Positions 17,721 to 26,417 of a stretch of 32,000 nt of DNA are shown here, in pieces (within the stretch, counting starts at the first letter, position 1; every line of letters begins with the position of its first letter). Location: the NCBI RefSeq assembly GCF_000341395.1, contig NC_020304.1, positions 480,001 to 512,000 on the forward strand, read 5' to 3'. The notes below the pieces were generated by a model. That model did not search any database, was not told the origin of the DNA, and saw only the letters and a list, made by a program, of their open reading frames with translations. The stretch is from Desulfocapsa sulfexigens DSM 10523 (GTDB lineage: Bacteria; Desulfobacterota; Desulfobulbia; Desulfobulbales; Desulfocapsaceae). A program made the translations under genes and the position numbers.

Positions 17721-17882
17721 GGGGTCTCCTTTTGACCTTTCTCTTCGATCGAGTAGCGAAAGCTAAGGGCAACCATTTAGTTTGCCAACTAATTTCCAAT
17801 GTAGCCAAGAGAAAAAAATAACTAAAGAACAGAGATTTCAGTTTGATTTAATACCACAAAGGTCAAAGGGAGATTTGACCCC
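17721..17882. mobile_element. MITE-like/REP-associated small element, copy A (~162 bp)
   Basis: Ends form imperfect inverted repeats: left ggggtctccttttgaccttt, right aaaggtcaaagggagatttgacccc (reverse complement ggggtcaaatctccctttgaccttt). Second copy at 22434..22605; each abuts a gene-fragment junction. Confidence 0.6.
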
Positions 17883-17889
17883 TTTTTCA

Positions 17890-20457
17890 TTAGAAACCGG
17901 ATACACCGCTCTGATCTGCAAAGGGATCGAAGGTGCTGCCAAGGCCGGGGATCTGCGAAGAGAGGATCGCCTGCAGGTCTGCCTCATCAGTGATTGGGGG
18001 AATACTGTTACTGTCCGTGGACTGCGCACCTTGCTGTTCATAGGGGCCATTCCCGTTTGTCAGGTAACGTTCAAGGGCAGCAGCATCCAGAGGTTTTACA
18101 TAGTCTGGATTGGTTTCCGGGTGTTCTATCTGTCCATAAAAGGCAGAGGCACAGGCCTGATCCACATCAAGGCCCAGTCCCATGGCCAGCAGCAGCCCTG
18201 AAGCCCCTGCAAAGTTATGTTGCAGACTGACGGCAGAAAGGAGCTTTCCGACGGTTTGTGAGGGGCGTTGCTCCGGGGTCAGGGGCAGGGATTTGATATC
18301 CTTATCACCGGCGACAAAGTGCTGCCCCTGGGGGCCGTTGGCGTTGCCGCCTCCTGTGAATACTCCGTTGCCGTAAGTGAATCCTATGCGAGGAGTCCAG
18401 GATTCCCCGTAGGTATAGGTCATGCCCCGTTTGCTAAAGCCCATGGCAGCTAGTGCTGCATCCACTTTAGCAAAATTTATATTCCCGTTGCTGTCTCTTG
18501 CAGTTTTAATAGCATCATCAACTCTGTCGCCACGGTCTCTTGCGTAGAGGGCACCGCGCATATCCAACCCTAAGCGTGATCTGTCAGCTACACTGATCAC
18601 TACTTTACCGCCATACTCAGAGGTGTATTTAATCTCCGGGTCTTTTCCTGCTTCCATGCGCAGGGATGGTAGACTACCATCGATGGTAACCCTGCCTCCT
18701 AGCTTTTTATAATTCTGGATGATGGCAACGAGAGGGGAAGCTGCTGCTTGCACGCTGTCCTTCATATCCGAATCGCCATGGACATCCATGATTACGTTGC
18801 CGTTTTCATCGAGGGCGAAGTCGGCTGTGGCTGAGGGGGGATCATCTCCCCCTGCTACAAGATTGACGATCTGGATTGCGGCAGCTACTGCCCAGCCATA
18901 TACGGGAATACAGAGTGCAGCAGTTGTTAATGCAGTAACAGCAGCACCTCTTACATCGCCCATAGCTAGCTGTGTACCTATGGCAATAATAGATATTATG
19001 GGGATGTTGCTGGCAATGGCATTAGTGCTGCCCACAATTGCATTGTAGACACCAATGGCATTGTTGACGGTACTGGCAGTGGTGTAGGCAATATTCAGGG
19101 CATCACCCGATTCCAGTACATCATCAAAGGAGGCTATATTAGCGGCAAGGCCAATGGCTGAGCCAACTCCAGCAAGAGTTTCACCGCCTACGCCGATACC
19201 TCCCTCAACATAGTTATCTACCCCTTGTAACAGTGAGGTTGTGGAACTGGCTATCCCCCAGCCATCCCCGTCTTCAATAGCCTCAGCTAAAGCAAGACCG
19301 GAGGAGGCGATAGTAAGTGCGGTGGCTCCTGATCCAACTCCTTCAACGTCAAAAAAACCGCCGCCGTTTGCATCCAGATACCCTTCTATATCACGCAGAA
19401 GATCAATACTGTTTCCGGCAATCTCCCAACCATCACCATCATCTATGGCCTGGCCGAGGCCGATACCGTGTTCGATGCCGTTGAGTATTGCTTCTCCAGA
19501 TTGTTCCAGGAATCCGTCTTCAGTCGCAGGGTTGTTATCATTCAAGAAAACATCGTTACGATTATCTAAACTGGAGAGATAGCCAGCACCTTCACGAGCG
19601 ATGTCCAAGCCATCACCAGAATTGATTGCATCACGAAGAGCTATTTGAGAACTCATCAGATCCAGTTCGGCTTCTCGTTCTACGGCTGCTTGCTGTATAA
19701 TTGCCCTCATTTCTTCTTGGCTTACATTGAAGGCTGAAGAAACAAACTCATTCTGCTGTTCACTGTCCCATGATGCAAATTCTTTGGCTGATATTTCTCC
19801 TAGTTCCGGGTAGCGTGACAACATCTCATTATACAATTCTTCAGAGCTATGAGCGGTTAAGAGACGAAGCAAAGAAACACTGCTGTCTATGATAACGCTT
19901 CCCCCAAGGTGTTCACCACCTGAATGATGGACTAGATCTGAGTCTCCATTGATATTATAGAAATCAGGATCCTGTTCGTCTGCCTCCCCGATACCTGGTA
20001 CGTTGAATGCGCCTCCAGTTATTGAAACAGAATTACTATATTTTTCTTTTAGAAAAGTTGTTACCACCTGTGCAAGATGACCACCCAGTGAATGTCCGGT
20101 TACATGTAATGTATCTATCCCTTCGGATTTAATTATCAGGTCAGCAAGCTCCTTTGCACTACCTTGTTGCGGAGGCTTTCCACCCAACCACAAGAGTGCA
20201 TCATCATCCAGGTCATCGATACCGTTGGTACCTGTATATGCGATTACAACTTCACCTTCCGGTGATCTGAATACCTGTGCTTCAAAGCCGTTGGTTGGTG
20301 GTTCAATATTATCGTTTTTGAAGAATTCACTACTGTGCCCAAGGTGTTCCCAACCATCTGATGACATTTCCTGCCAGAGTTTGGACTCGGCCAGTTTATC
20401 TGTACTTTCGTAGCTTAAAATGCTTAAAGCCAGATCATTTTTTATTGTAATAGCCAT
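17890..20457 (-). CDS. Truncated paralog of the giant exoprotein: lipase (class 3)-like N-terminus fused to the shared GDGW core, lacking cadherin-like repeats and export end (likely pseudogene or silent cassette)
   Basis: 855 aa; GFEAQVFRSPEGEVVIAYTGTNGIDD...IDTLHVTGHSLGGHLAQVV (Ser-hydrolase GHSLGG elbow); from LMSSQIALRDAINSGDG onwards highly similar to the 1888-aa protein, ending at ...DPFADQSGVSGF*, where the paralog continues ESGVSGFSFAKAP. Confidence 0.85.
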   Translation of the reverse strand: MAITIKNDLALSILSYESTDKLAESKLWQEMSSDGWEHLGHSSEFFKNDNIEPPTNGFEAQVFRSPEGEVVIAYTGTNGIDDLDDDALLWLGGKPPQQGSAKELADLIIKSEGIDTLHVTGHSLGGHLAQVVTTFLKEKYSNSVSITGGAFNVPGIGEADEQDPDFYNINGDSDLVHHSGGEHLGGSVIIDSSVSLLRLLTAHSSEELYNEMLSRYPELGEISAKEFASWDSEQQNEFVSSAFNVSQEEMRAIIQQAAVEREAELDLMSSQIALRDAINSGDGLDIAREGAGYLSSLDNRNDVFLNDNNPATEDGFLEQSGEAILNGIEHGIGLGQAIDDGDGWEIAGNSIDLLRDIEGYLDANGGGFFDVEGVGSGATALTIASSGLALAEAIEDGDGWGIASSTTSLLQGVDNYVEGGIGVGGETLAGVGSAIGLAANIASFDDVLESGDALNIAYTTASTVNNAIGVYNAIVGSTNAIASNIPIISIIAIGTQLAMGDVRGAAVTALTTAALCIPVYGWAVAAAIQIVNLVAGGDDPPSATADFALDENGNVIMDVHGDSDMKDSVQAAASPLVAIIQNYKKLGGRVTIDGSLPSLRMEAGKDPEIKYTSEYGGKVVISVADRSRLGLDMRGALYARDRGDRVDDAIKTARDSNGNINFAKVDAALAAMGFSKRGMTYTYGESWTPRIGFTYGNGVFTGGGNANGPQGQHFVAGDKDIKSLPLTPEQRPSQTVGKLLSAVSLQHNFAGASGLLLAMGLGLDVDQACASAFYGQIEHPETNPDYVKPLDAAALERYLTNGNGPYEQQGAQSTDSNSIPPITDEADLQAILSSQIPGLGSTFDPFADQSGVSGF

Positions 20458-20471
20458 AAGTTATTACCTGT

Positions 20472-21707
20472 TCAACGCAAGTCATGTACTTCCATTATCC
20501 AAATTTCATCTTTATGATTATATGCAATCTGATTTTTATTAACTGGATTTTGCAGACCGTCAAAAGCCCATCCTTTAGGAAACTTGTAACGATCTATCCG
20601 TTTGCCATCTTTTCTATCCCAGATGTCCAGTGTGCGTTTGTTTGTTAATGCAATGACATATTGTTCATTATCGAGAAAACCCAGCATTATTGGAGAGGTA
20701 TCCATCGGACCGATGGTTTCAACTATTTCATGCGTTTCAACATCAAAAAGTTTCATCGATTGGTGGTATATTCTATAACTGACATCCTTGTCCGTCGCAT
20801 TGGATCCATACAAAAAATAACTGCTATCTGAGGTCCAGGCAAAGGATGCCGGCGGGCCAAAGGCAACGTCTTTTAATTGTTTTTTTAATACAATTTCAGG
20901 ATATTGCCATATTCGAAGATATGAGTGCACATCACCTTTTTTACCCCTGACTCCTATTTTCCCGAAATCCATCCAGGCATCAACCATATATTTCCCATCT
21001 GGGCTAATGGATACTTTTTCGGGATTTTCATAAGCCTCTAAGTACCCACTTTGTTTCATGTCGGGGACAGTATAAAAATAAATTTTTGGTTCTTTATTAC
21101 CCCTCAATGAAAGAAAATGCCAAGAATACAAACGATTATCAGGAGTTGCGTACAGTCGGTTTCCAGTAGGAAAAAGAGGCATTTCATCTGAATAAAGCGA
21201 ATAATTATTCCCAACATCCCAAACTCGAAGCTTATGCTGCCCCTTCACAACTTGAGATTGACCAATTAGATATTTACCATCTGTTGAGTAGGCTAGATAC
21301 GACGAGAAAAGCTTATAATCTTTGACTAGGGTTTTGATCAATTGATGTTTTTTGATATCAAAAACAAACACCTTATCATGTACCTCAGATGTACAGGCAA
21401 GAAACCTGCCTGAAGGGTGAATAGTCATATCATCACAAGAATGGCCAGTTTCGCATTTCATAACCGCCATTCTACGTATATGTTTTGTGTCCATATTGCT
21501 TATCCCTCCACTACAACCACTAAGTACAACAAGCGCTGCAAAAAAATACATCGAAACAAGAGTTAGCTTAAAGCTACACTTCCCGTACGACAAGACTGAC
21601 CCTACGAGTATCTTATGCCCCATGATCCGATTATTGTTCATATCTTGATCTCGTTCTCCATAAATTCCACAGGCAAACACCCTACCCGATAATTGCACGT
21701 TTGCCAC
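20472..21707 (-). CDS. Beta-propeller (WD40/TolB-like) lipoprotein; real start probably at 21641 or 21551 rather than 21707
   Basis: 411 aa; lipobox AALVVLSGC; blades MTIHPSGRFLACTSEVHDKVFVFDI, SYLAYSTDGKYLIGQSQ.., VSISPDGKYMVDAWMD, SFAWTSDSSYFLYG, LWIMEV... Stop 14 bp upstream of the lipase-paralog start. Confidence 0.75.
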   Translation of the reverse strand: MANVQLSGRVFACGIYGERDQDMNNNRIMGHKILVGSVLSYGKCSFKLTLVSMYFFAALVVLSGCSGGISNMDTKHIRRMAVMKCETGHSCDDMTIHPSGRFLACTSEVHDKVFVFDIKKHQLIKTLVKDYKLFSSYLAYSTDGKYLIGQSQVVKGQHKLRVWDVGNNYSLYSDEMPLFPTGNRLYATPDNRLYSWHFLSLRGNKEPKIYFYTVPDMKQSGYLEAYENPEKVSISPDGKYMVDAWMDFGKIGVRGKKGDVHSYLRIWQYPEIVLKKQLKDVAFGPPASFAWTSDSSYFLYGSNATDKDVSYRIYHQSMKLFDVETHEIVETIGPMDTSPIMLGFLDNEQYVIALTNKRTLDIWDRKDGKRIDRYKFPKGWAFDGLQNPVNKNQIAYNHKDEIWIMEVHDLR

Positions 21708-22243
21708 CTACCCGAACGGGTAGGTTTTATGCTTTTTCTGCCTTTTTTTATAAGAAAATCAGATTCTGCTTAACAGCCGGGCTAGAGCATGGGAAGGACT
21801 GCGAACACCAATTTTTTTCATCACTAAATTCAGGCACAGTTCCGAAAACACAACACTATCCCCCTGAGTTCCACCAATGCTGGAACAATAATCTTGATCG
21901 GCTGTTCATTTTCACAAACACTCATCAGTTGCCACAGCAACAAAAGTAACAAAAAAATGAGACAGATCTTTTCAAAAACTTTTAAAATCTCCTGAACCGC
22001 TCAAAATCATTTATAGGGACAGGATATTTTAAAAGAAGAGAAAAGAACAACACCATCAATGCGAAAGGGAATATACAAGTTATCTCGCAATTTACTATCC
22101 GTAAATATACCTATTTTTCAATATAAACAGAAACTAATCCATCTTGGTTAAAATGTGTCATTGCAATCATTATTGGCTCAAAATCAACTCTAACTAATAT
22201 AAAGGCAAATTGTTTATTGCGGCAGGCTGAAAGCACAGGCTAA

Positions 22244-22423
22244 GCGGACCTTCAACATCAGAATCGTTGGCCAACAAGGCAGTAACCGTCGTTGTAACAG
22301 AAGTGTCCTCATCGGTGGTCAGGATGTCAGCTCCAAAAACTGTCGCATTATCCACGGATAAAATATCTATCTGCAGGGTACCGGTGACGCTTCCGCCATT
22401 ACCATCGCTTGCGCTGTAATTAA
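22244..22423 (-). pseudogene. Second remnant of the exoprotein cadherin-like repeat region
   Basis: Same sequence block as 17531..17710 and 8580..8758 (gcggaccttcaacatcagaatcgttggccaacaaggcagtaaccgtcgttg...). Confidence 0.85.
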
Positions 22424-22433
22424 GGCAGCGACA

Positions 22434-22605
22434 GGGGTCTCCTTTTAACCTTTCTCTTCGATCGAGTAGCGAAAGCTAAGGGCAACCATTTAGTTTGCCA
22501 ACTAATTTCCAATGTAGCCAAGAGAAAAAAATAACTAAAGAACAGAGATTTCAGTTTGATTTAATACCACAAATTCGCCACAAAGGTCAAAGGGAGATTT
22601 GACCC
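22434..22605. mobile_element. MITE-like/REP-associated small element, copy B (~172 bp)
   Basis: Starts ggggtctccttttaacctttctcttcgatcg and ends caaaggtcaaagggagatttgacccc, as in copy A. Confidence 0.6.
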
Positions 22606-22678
22606 CTTTTTCGCCTAACGGAAAGCGCCTGCTCTTGCAGTATTTTGACGCGCACTTAGACTACCGCGATAATATTGG

Positions 22679-23557
22679 TCATTCGATGCTCGAACCAGAC
22701 AAGGAAATCCGCACCTTTTCGACCAGATGATGCGGATAGTAACTTTCTTTTGCCCGGCGCAGACCAGGAATTCCGAGATCCTGCTCCCGGTTGACATAGG
22801 TAAAACCGCTGAGGTTGTTTTTGGCAAACCACTGATTTATCAACTGGCCCAGGCCTTGAAACTGGGGCATAGCCTTCTCAAAATGGCAGACCACGGTCGA
22901 GGGGTTAAGCGCCTCACCCACGGTAAAAGCCTCAACAATTCCCTTGATACGAATGGCGCCACCAGTAAGACCAAATTCCTGATAGTGGTACAGAGTTTCT
23001 GCTATGGCCTGATATTCACCGCATAGCCCTGGTTCAGCTTTGCAATTCCGGGCGGCGCACCATCGATCCTGCATGGCCATACACTCGGTAACTAATTCCG
23101 AGGTGATGATCTCATATTGGCAACTGTATGCGGCCAGGCACTTGTTGATGTGATTTCTTTTTTTCGTGAATTTTCTACCGGCAAGGGTGGCAAGCTCTTC
23201 CCGAAGATAGACATAGTCGCTGTTATCCCGGTCCTCGGCAACCGTGACGCCAGGAAGCAGGGGGATATCCGCTATCATGTCCTTAGGGATACGCTCAGCT
23301 CCACTTATCTGACTGCCATACTCACGGAAAACCTCAGTCAGGGATACCGATCCGACGGGGGGGCCCAGAACCACCAGCCCCATCTTAGTCTCAGCAAAAA
23401 CAATGAGCGAGTCGCTGATAACATCTACCCAGATCGGACGGGTATTATGCCAGGAATAGAGATTGGTGAAGGTCAGCTCCGAAGTTTCAGGTGGAAAACG
23501 CCGGAGATATTCGGTAACAAAGAGCCGGTCATCAAGGGAGAGCAGGTGCAGGGTCAT
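22679..23557 (-). CDS. DUF2156 / phosphatidylglycerol lysyltransferase C-terminal-like (GNAT-fold) protein
   Basis: 292 aa; LTFTNLYSWHNTRPIWVDVISDSLIVF...YVYLREELATLAGRKFTKKRNHINKCLAAYSCQYEII...GGAIRIKGIVEAFTVGEALNPSTVVCHFEKAMPQFQGLGQLINQWFAKNNLSGFTYVNREQDLGIPGLRRAKESYYPHHLVEKVRI is characteristic of this family. Confidence 0.85.
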   Translation of the reverse strand: MTLHLLSLDDRLFVTEYLRRFPPETSELTFTNLYSWHNTRPIWVDVISDSLIVFAETKMGLVVLGPPVGSVSLTEVFREYGSQISGAERIPKDMIADIPLLPGVTVAEDRDNSDYVYLREELATLAGRKFTKKRNHINKCLAAYSCQYEIITSELVTECMAMQDRWCAARNCKAEPGLCGEYQAIAETLYHYQEFGLTGGAIRIKGIVEAFTVGEALNPSTVVCHFEKAMPQFQGLGQLINQWFAKNNLSGFTYVNREQDLGIPGLRRAKESYYPHHLVEKVRISLSGSSIE

Positions 23558-24132
23558 GAGATTCCTTTGAAGATAGGGACAATATCACTCTGAGGGCATC
23601 GAGAATTTCTATAGCTATCTTTCTTTGCCAATGATCTTGTGGAAATCAATCGCTAATTCCAGTTAACCCGGCCAGACACTCCAACCGCAGTGAAGAACCC
23701 ACATTTGAGAACAACATATAAGAATTATGTACATAGCAGCAACCTGCAGTCAATAATTTTCCCATATAAGGGGCATATTATTGACTGCAACCACCTCAAG
23801 AAAAATCGAAGTTTTAAAGGTTCATCCGACTAAAGCGTACTTTTCCGTAATACAGCCCACCCTATGGGTGAATTGTAACTCAGGGGACATCTGTGATAAG
23901 TAAAACTAAGGGAAAAACTGTATTGTGTTACCGGAATTTCTCTTATCAGTTGCCACAGCAATAAAAGTAACTTGTTTGTTGCAGCAGGATAAATAAATTC
24001 CTTGGGGGGGGCTTGCGCTGCCCCCCCACACGTGAATGGCATTGTGTTTGAATGTTTAAGCAGAAAGAGTGAAAGGCAAAGAGGAAGAATCAACAATTAA
24101 CCACACTTCCTATCCGGCAAACCTTACCTATC

Positions 24133-24789
24133 TTATATTTTACATTTTCCACTTGACCAGTTTGTTCCATTGTTTCCATCCGGTACAAAGCAGAATGTCA
24201 TAGTTATTGTTTCATTACAGGATTTAACAATCCATTGTTCTTCCCACATTCCAGGATGTTCTTTGCCAGCACTGTCTGTTATGTCTGGCCCTTTTGTCAC
24301 TTTGGTGTCTAATACTTTTATTGTTTTGCACGACTCATCTTTCCTCTTTATAGCCACCATCCCTGCGACCCCGCCTACAAATAAGTCACGAATTAATAGC
24401 GGTGAACAATAGGTAGTTCCCGGTACCAACATTCCCATTTGTGGTTCTTTCCCGTTTTTAGCTACCACTATGGCATTATATATTTTGCTTTTATTACATC
24501 TCTTAAATTCATACCTAAATGTCCACACACCTCCAACAGGATAAACATCTTCATTATTAAATGTTAAAGGAGTGAGAATCGCATGTGAGATAGGGTTCAC
24601 ATAATACTTACTATTACAATCCCTTTGGATATTTAACTCCCTATCCCAATACACTCCGAGATCATACAATTGTTTGTAAAAGCCCTGTGAGGTCATATAG
24701 GACTCGGCCTTAGCCAAGGAAGGGTTGGCATGGACGTTTGAACTACTAGAAAAAATAGCAATGATGATCAATAATTGATTTACCCTCAT
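24133..24789 (-). CDS. Small secreted hypothetical protein with signal peptide
   Basis: 218 aa; MRVNQLLIIIAIFSSSSNVHANPSLAKAESYM...; multiple paired cysteines. Confidence 0.6.
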   Translation of the reverse strand: MRVNQLLIIIAIFSSSSNVHANPSLAKAESYMTSQGFYKQLYDLGVYWDRELNIQRDCNSKYYVNPISHAILTPLTFNNEDVYPVGGVWTFRYEFKRCNKSKIYNAIVVAKNGKEPQMGMLVPGTTYCSPLLIRDLFVGGVAGMVAIKRKDESCKTIKVLDTKVTKGPDITDSAGKEHPGMWEEQWIVKSCNETITMTFCFVPDGNNGTNWSSGKCKI

Positions 24790-24946
24790 ACACTCTCACA
24801 CTGAAAAATTAAAATACCCTCGATGTTTACCCAAAAAGGGCAGCGAACAATACATTCAAGATGGCCCTGTGATCTATCCCTGTGACTTGTCACAAGACTA
24901 ACGACCTAAAAGGATGACACATGCAGATACCTGGCTTCAGAGCCCA

Positions 24947-25609
24947 CTATTCAATGGAAACAAACATCACTTTGCTTAAAAATGGTGTTCCGTATTTTTC
25001 CCAATTTTCTTCCCAGGTACTTTCCGGGCTTTCAAATGTAAACACATACACATAATCGGAAACATTACTTGCACTGATGAACTTATGAACAATGATAGGC
25101 TTTAACCCTGGAGGTGCATCTCTATACCTGAAGTAGGTGTTTTCATAATCGCCCTTACGATTTTGGCTAAACATCAATATTTCTTCTTCGTTATGGGTTT
25201 CCAGAAAAGGCTCAAGGTAAAGAAGGGCCATCTTTTTTGCAGGAATTGATTTTACTTTATTAGAATCAGAGATGACTTGGATGGTAACACCCATTTCAAA
25301 CATTTTGGATTCCGAGAATTTTTCCGGGCTGGCTGCATAGACTTCGATAGGTATCCCGTCAGTGTTCGTTGAGCCTCCATTTTCATGCCAACCTATGGGT
25401 GTCTGAAAAACAGCATTTTTATATAGATGCCATTCAAACCCTTCCATTGGTGCTGGTAATTGAGCTAGTAACTCTTCAGGAGCACTAGCAATTTGAAGCG
25501 CAGAAATTATCGGCTGTACAGGTGGTCTTTCCTGAACCTGCACACAGGAAGCCATAGATAGCGCGAAAAGAATAATTATAAAAAAACTAACCCTACAGTT
25601 CAACTTCAT
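24947..25609 (-). CDS. Hypothetical lipoprotein
   Basis: 220 aa; MKLNCRVSFFIIILFALSMASCVQVQERPP with lipobox-like LSMASC. Confidence 0.65.
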   Translation of the reverse strand: MKLNCRVSFFIIILFALSMASCVQVQERPPVQPIISALQIASAPEELLAQLPAPMEGFEWHLYKNAVFQTPIGWHENGGSTNTDGIPIEVYAASPEKFSESKMFEMGVTIQVISDSNKVKSIPAKKMALLYLEPFLETHNEEEILMFSQNRKGDYENTYFRYRDAPPGLKPIIVHKFISASNVSDYVYVFTFESPESTWEENWEKYGTPFLSKVMFVSIE

Positions 25610-25791
25610 CTATTTTACCTTGTCGTATTCGATACATAATGAGTAGAGGCCGTTAGAAAGTCGACAAAACACACAAAACATACAGAGATTATGGTATCTG
25701 CTTGATTGCCACATTTTTCAATCTGAATGCAATGATTTACGATAAACATATGTTTTATCACCAAAAAAAAACCATCGGAGTAGAAGAAACC

Positions 25792-26352
25792 TTAACGAAT
25801 CATCGCTGCGAATTTTGGATGATTGAGAATGTCTTTAATAAGATTTTTAACAGCTGGAGAAAAGGCCTGTGGAACTTGCTGGCAAGCTCTATCTCCTAAC
25901 CAACTGGCAGAAAAAGGATATTCACTATCGACTGTAAATGATTCTCTTCCATCTGCTGATAGTTTGATTACAAACATCCACTTGCCATTTCCTACAACTG
26001 AACTGGCATCAAGTTTTTCAAAGTGCCCATTTACAGTAAGACTTGAACTAGAATCATATAAATCAGCCAATTTTAATTCTGAAATAAACGCATTACGAAT
26101 ATACTCTTCAAATGAATTATCATTGGGGGTCTTTATGGTAATTGAGCCTCTACAGTTTATAGACTCATGAATGGTCTCAGACGTAAATGTGTTTATATTA
26201 ACCTTTGATGCACTTTGCATTTTTCGTAGTGATTCAATATTTTCTACCGAAACACCATATTGGTTAACAGAAGCAGTACACCCAGAAATAAGCAACATTC
26301 CAAACAAAAATATCATGAAATTACCAAAAATTTTCACGTTCTTTTCCTCCAA
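25792..26352 (-). CDS. Hypothetical lipoprotein
   Basis: 186 aa; KIFGNFMIFLFGMLLISGCTASVNQYGVSVEN... lipobox LLISGC. Confidence 0.65.
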   Translation of the reverse strand: MEEKNVKIFGNFMIFLFGMLLISGCTASVNQYGVSVENIESLRKMQSASKVNINTFTSETIHESINCRGSITIKTPNDNSFEEYIRNAFISELKLADLYDSSSSLTVNGHFEKLDASSVVGNGKWMFVIKLSADGRESFTVDSEYPFSASWLGDRACQQVPQAFSPAVKNLIKDILNHPKFAAMIR

Positions 26353-26417
26353 TTATTAAAATCTGCTGTTTAAAATCAGGCAATTCACCCAATCTAAAAG
26401 CAGTCAAGATACAATAG

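Larger units (their letters stand above)
16925..17888. repeat. Long composite direct repeat, copy A (non-coding core + cadherin-like gene fragment + MITE-like element)
   Basis: Near-colinear with 21635..22611: shared ttcatatcttgatctcgttctcc..., ...ggcaaattgtttattgcggcaggctgaaagcacaggctaagcggacc..., ...gcagcgacaggggtctcc... through gatttgacccctttttc. Confidence 0.93.
21635..22611. repeat. Long composite direct repeat, copy B
   Basis: Near-colinear with 16925..17888; extra ~10 bp (aattcgccac) near 22572 relative to copy A. Confidence 0.93.
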
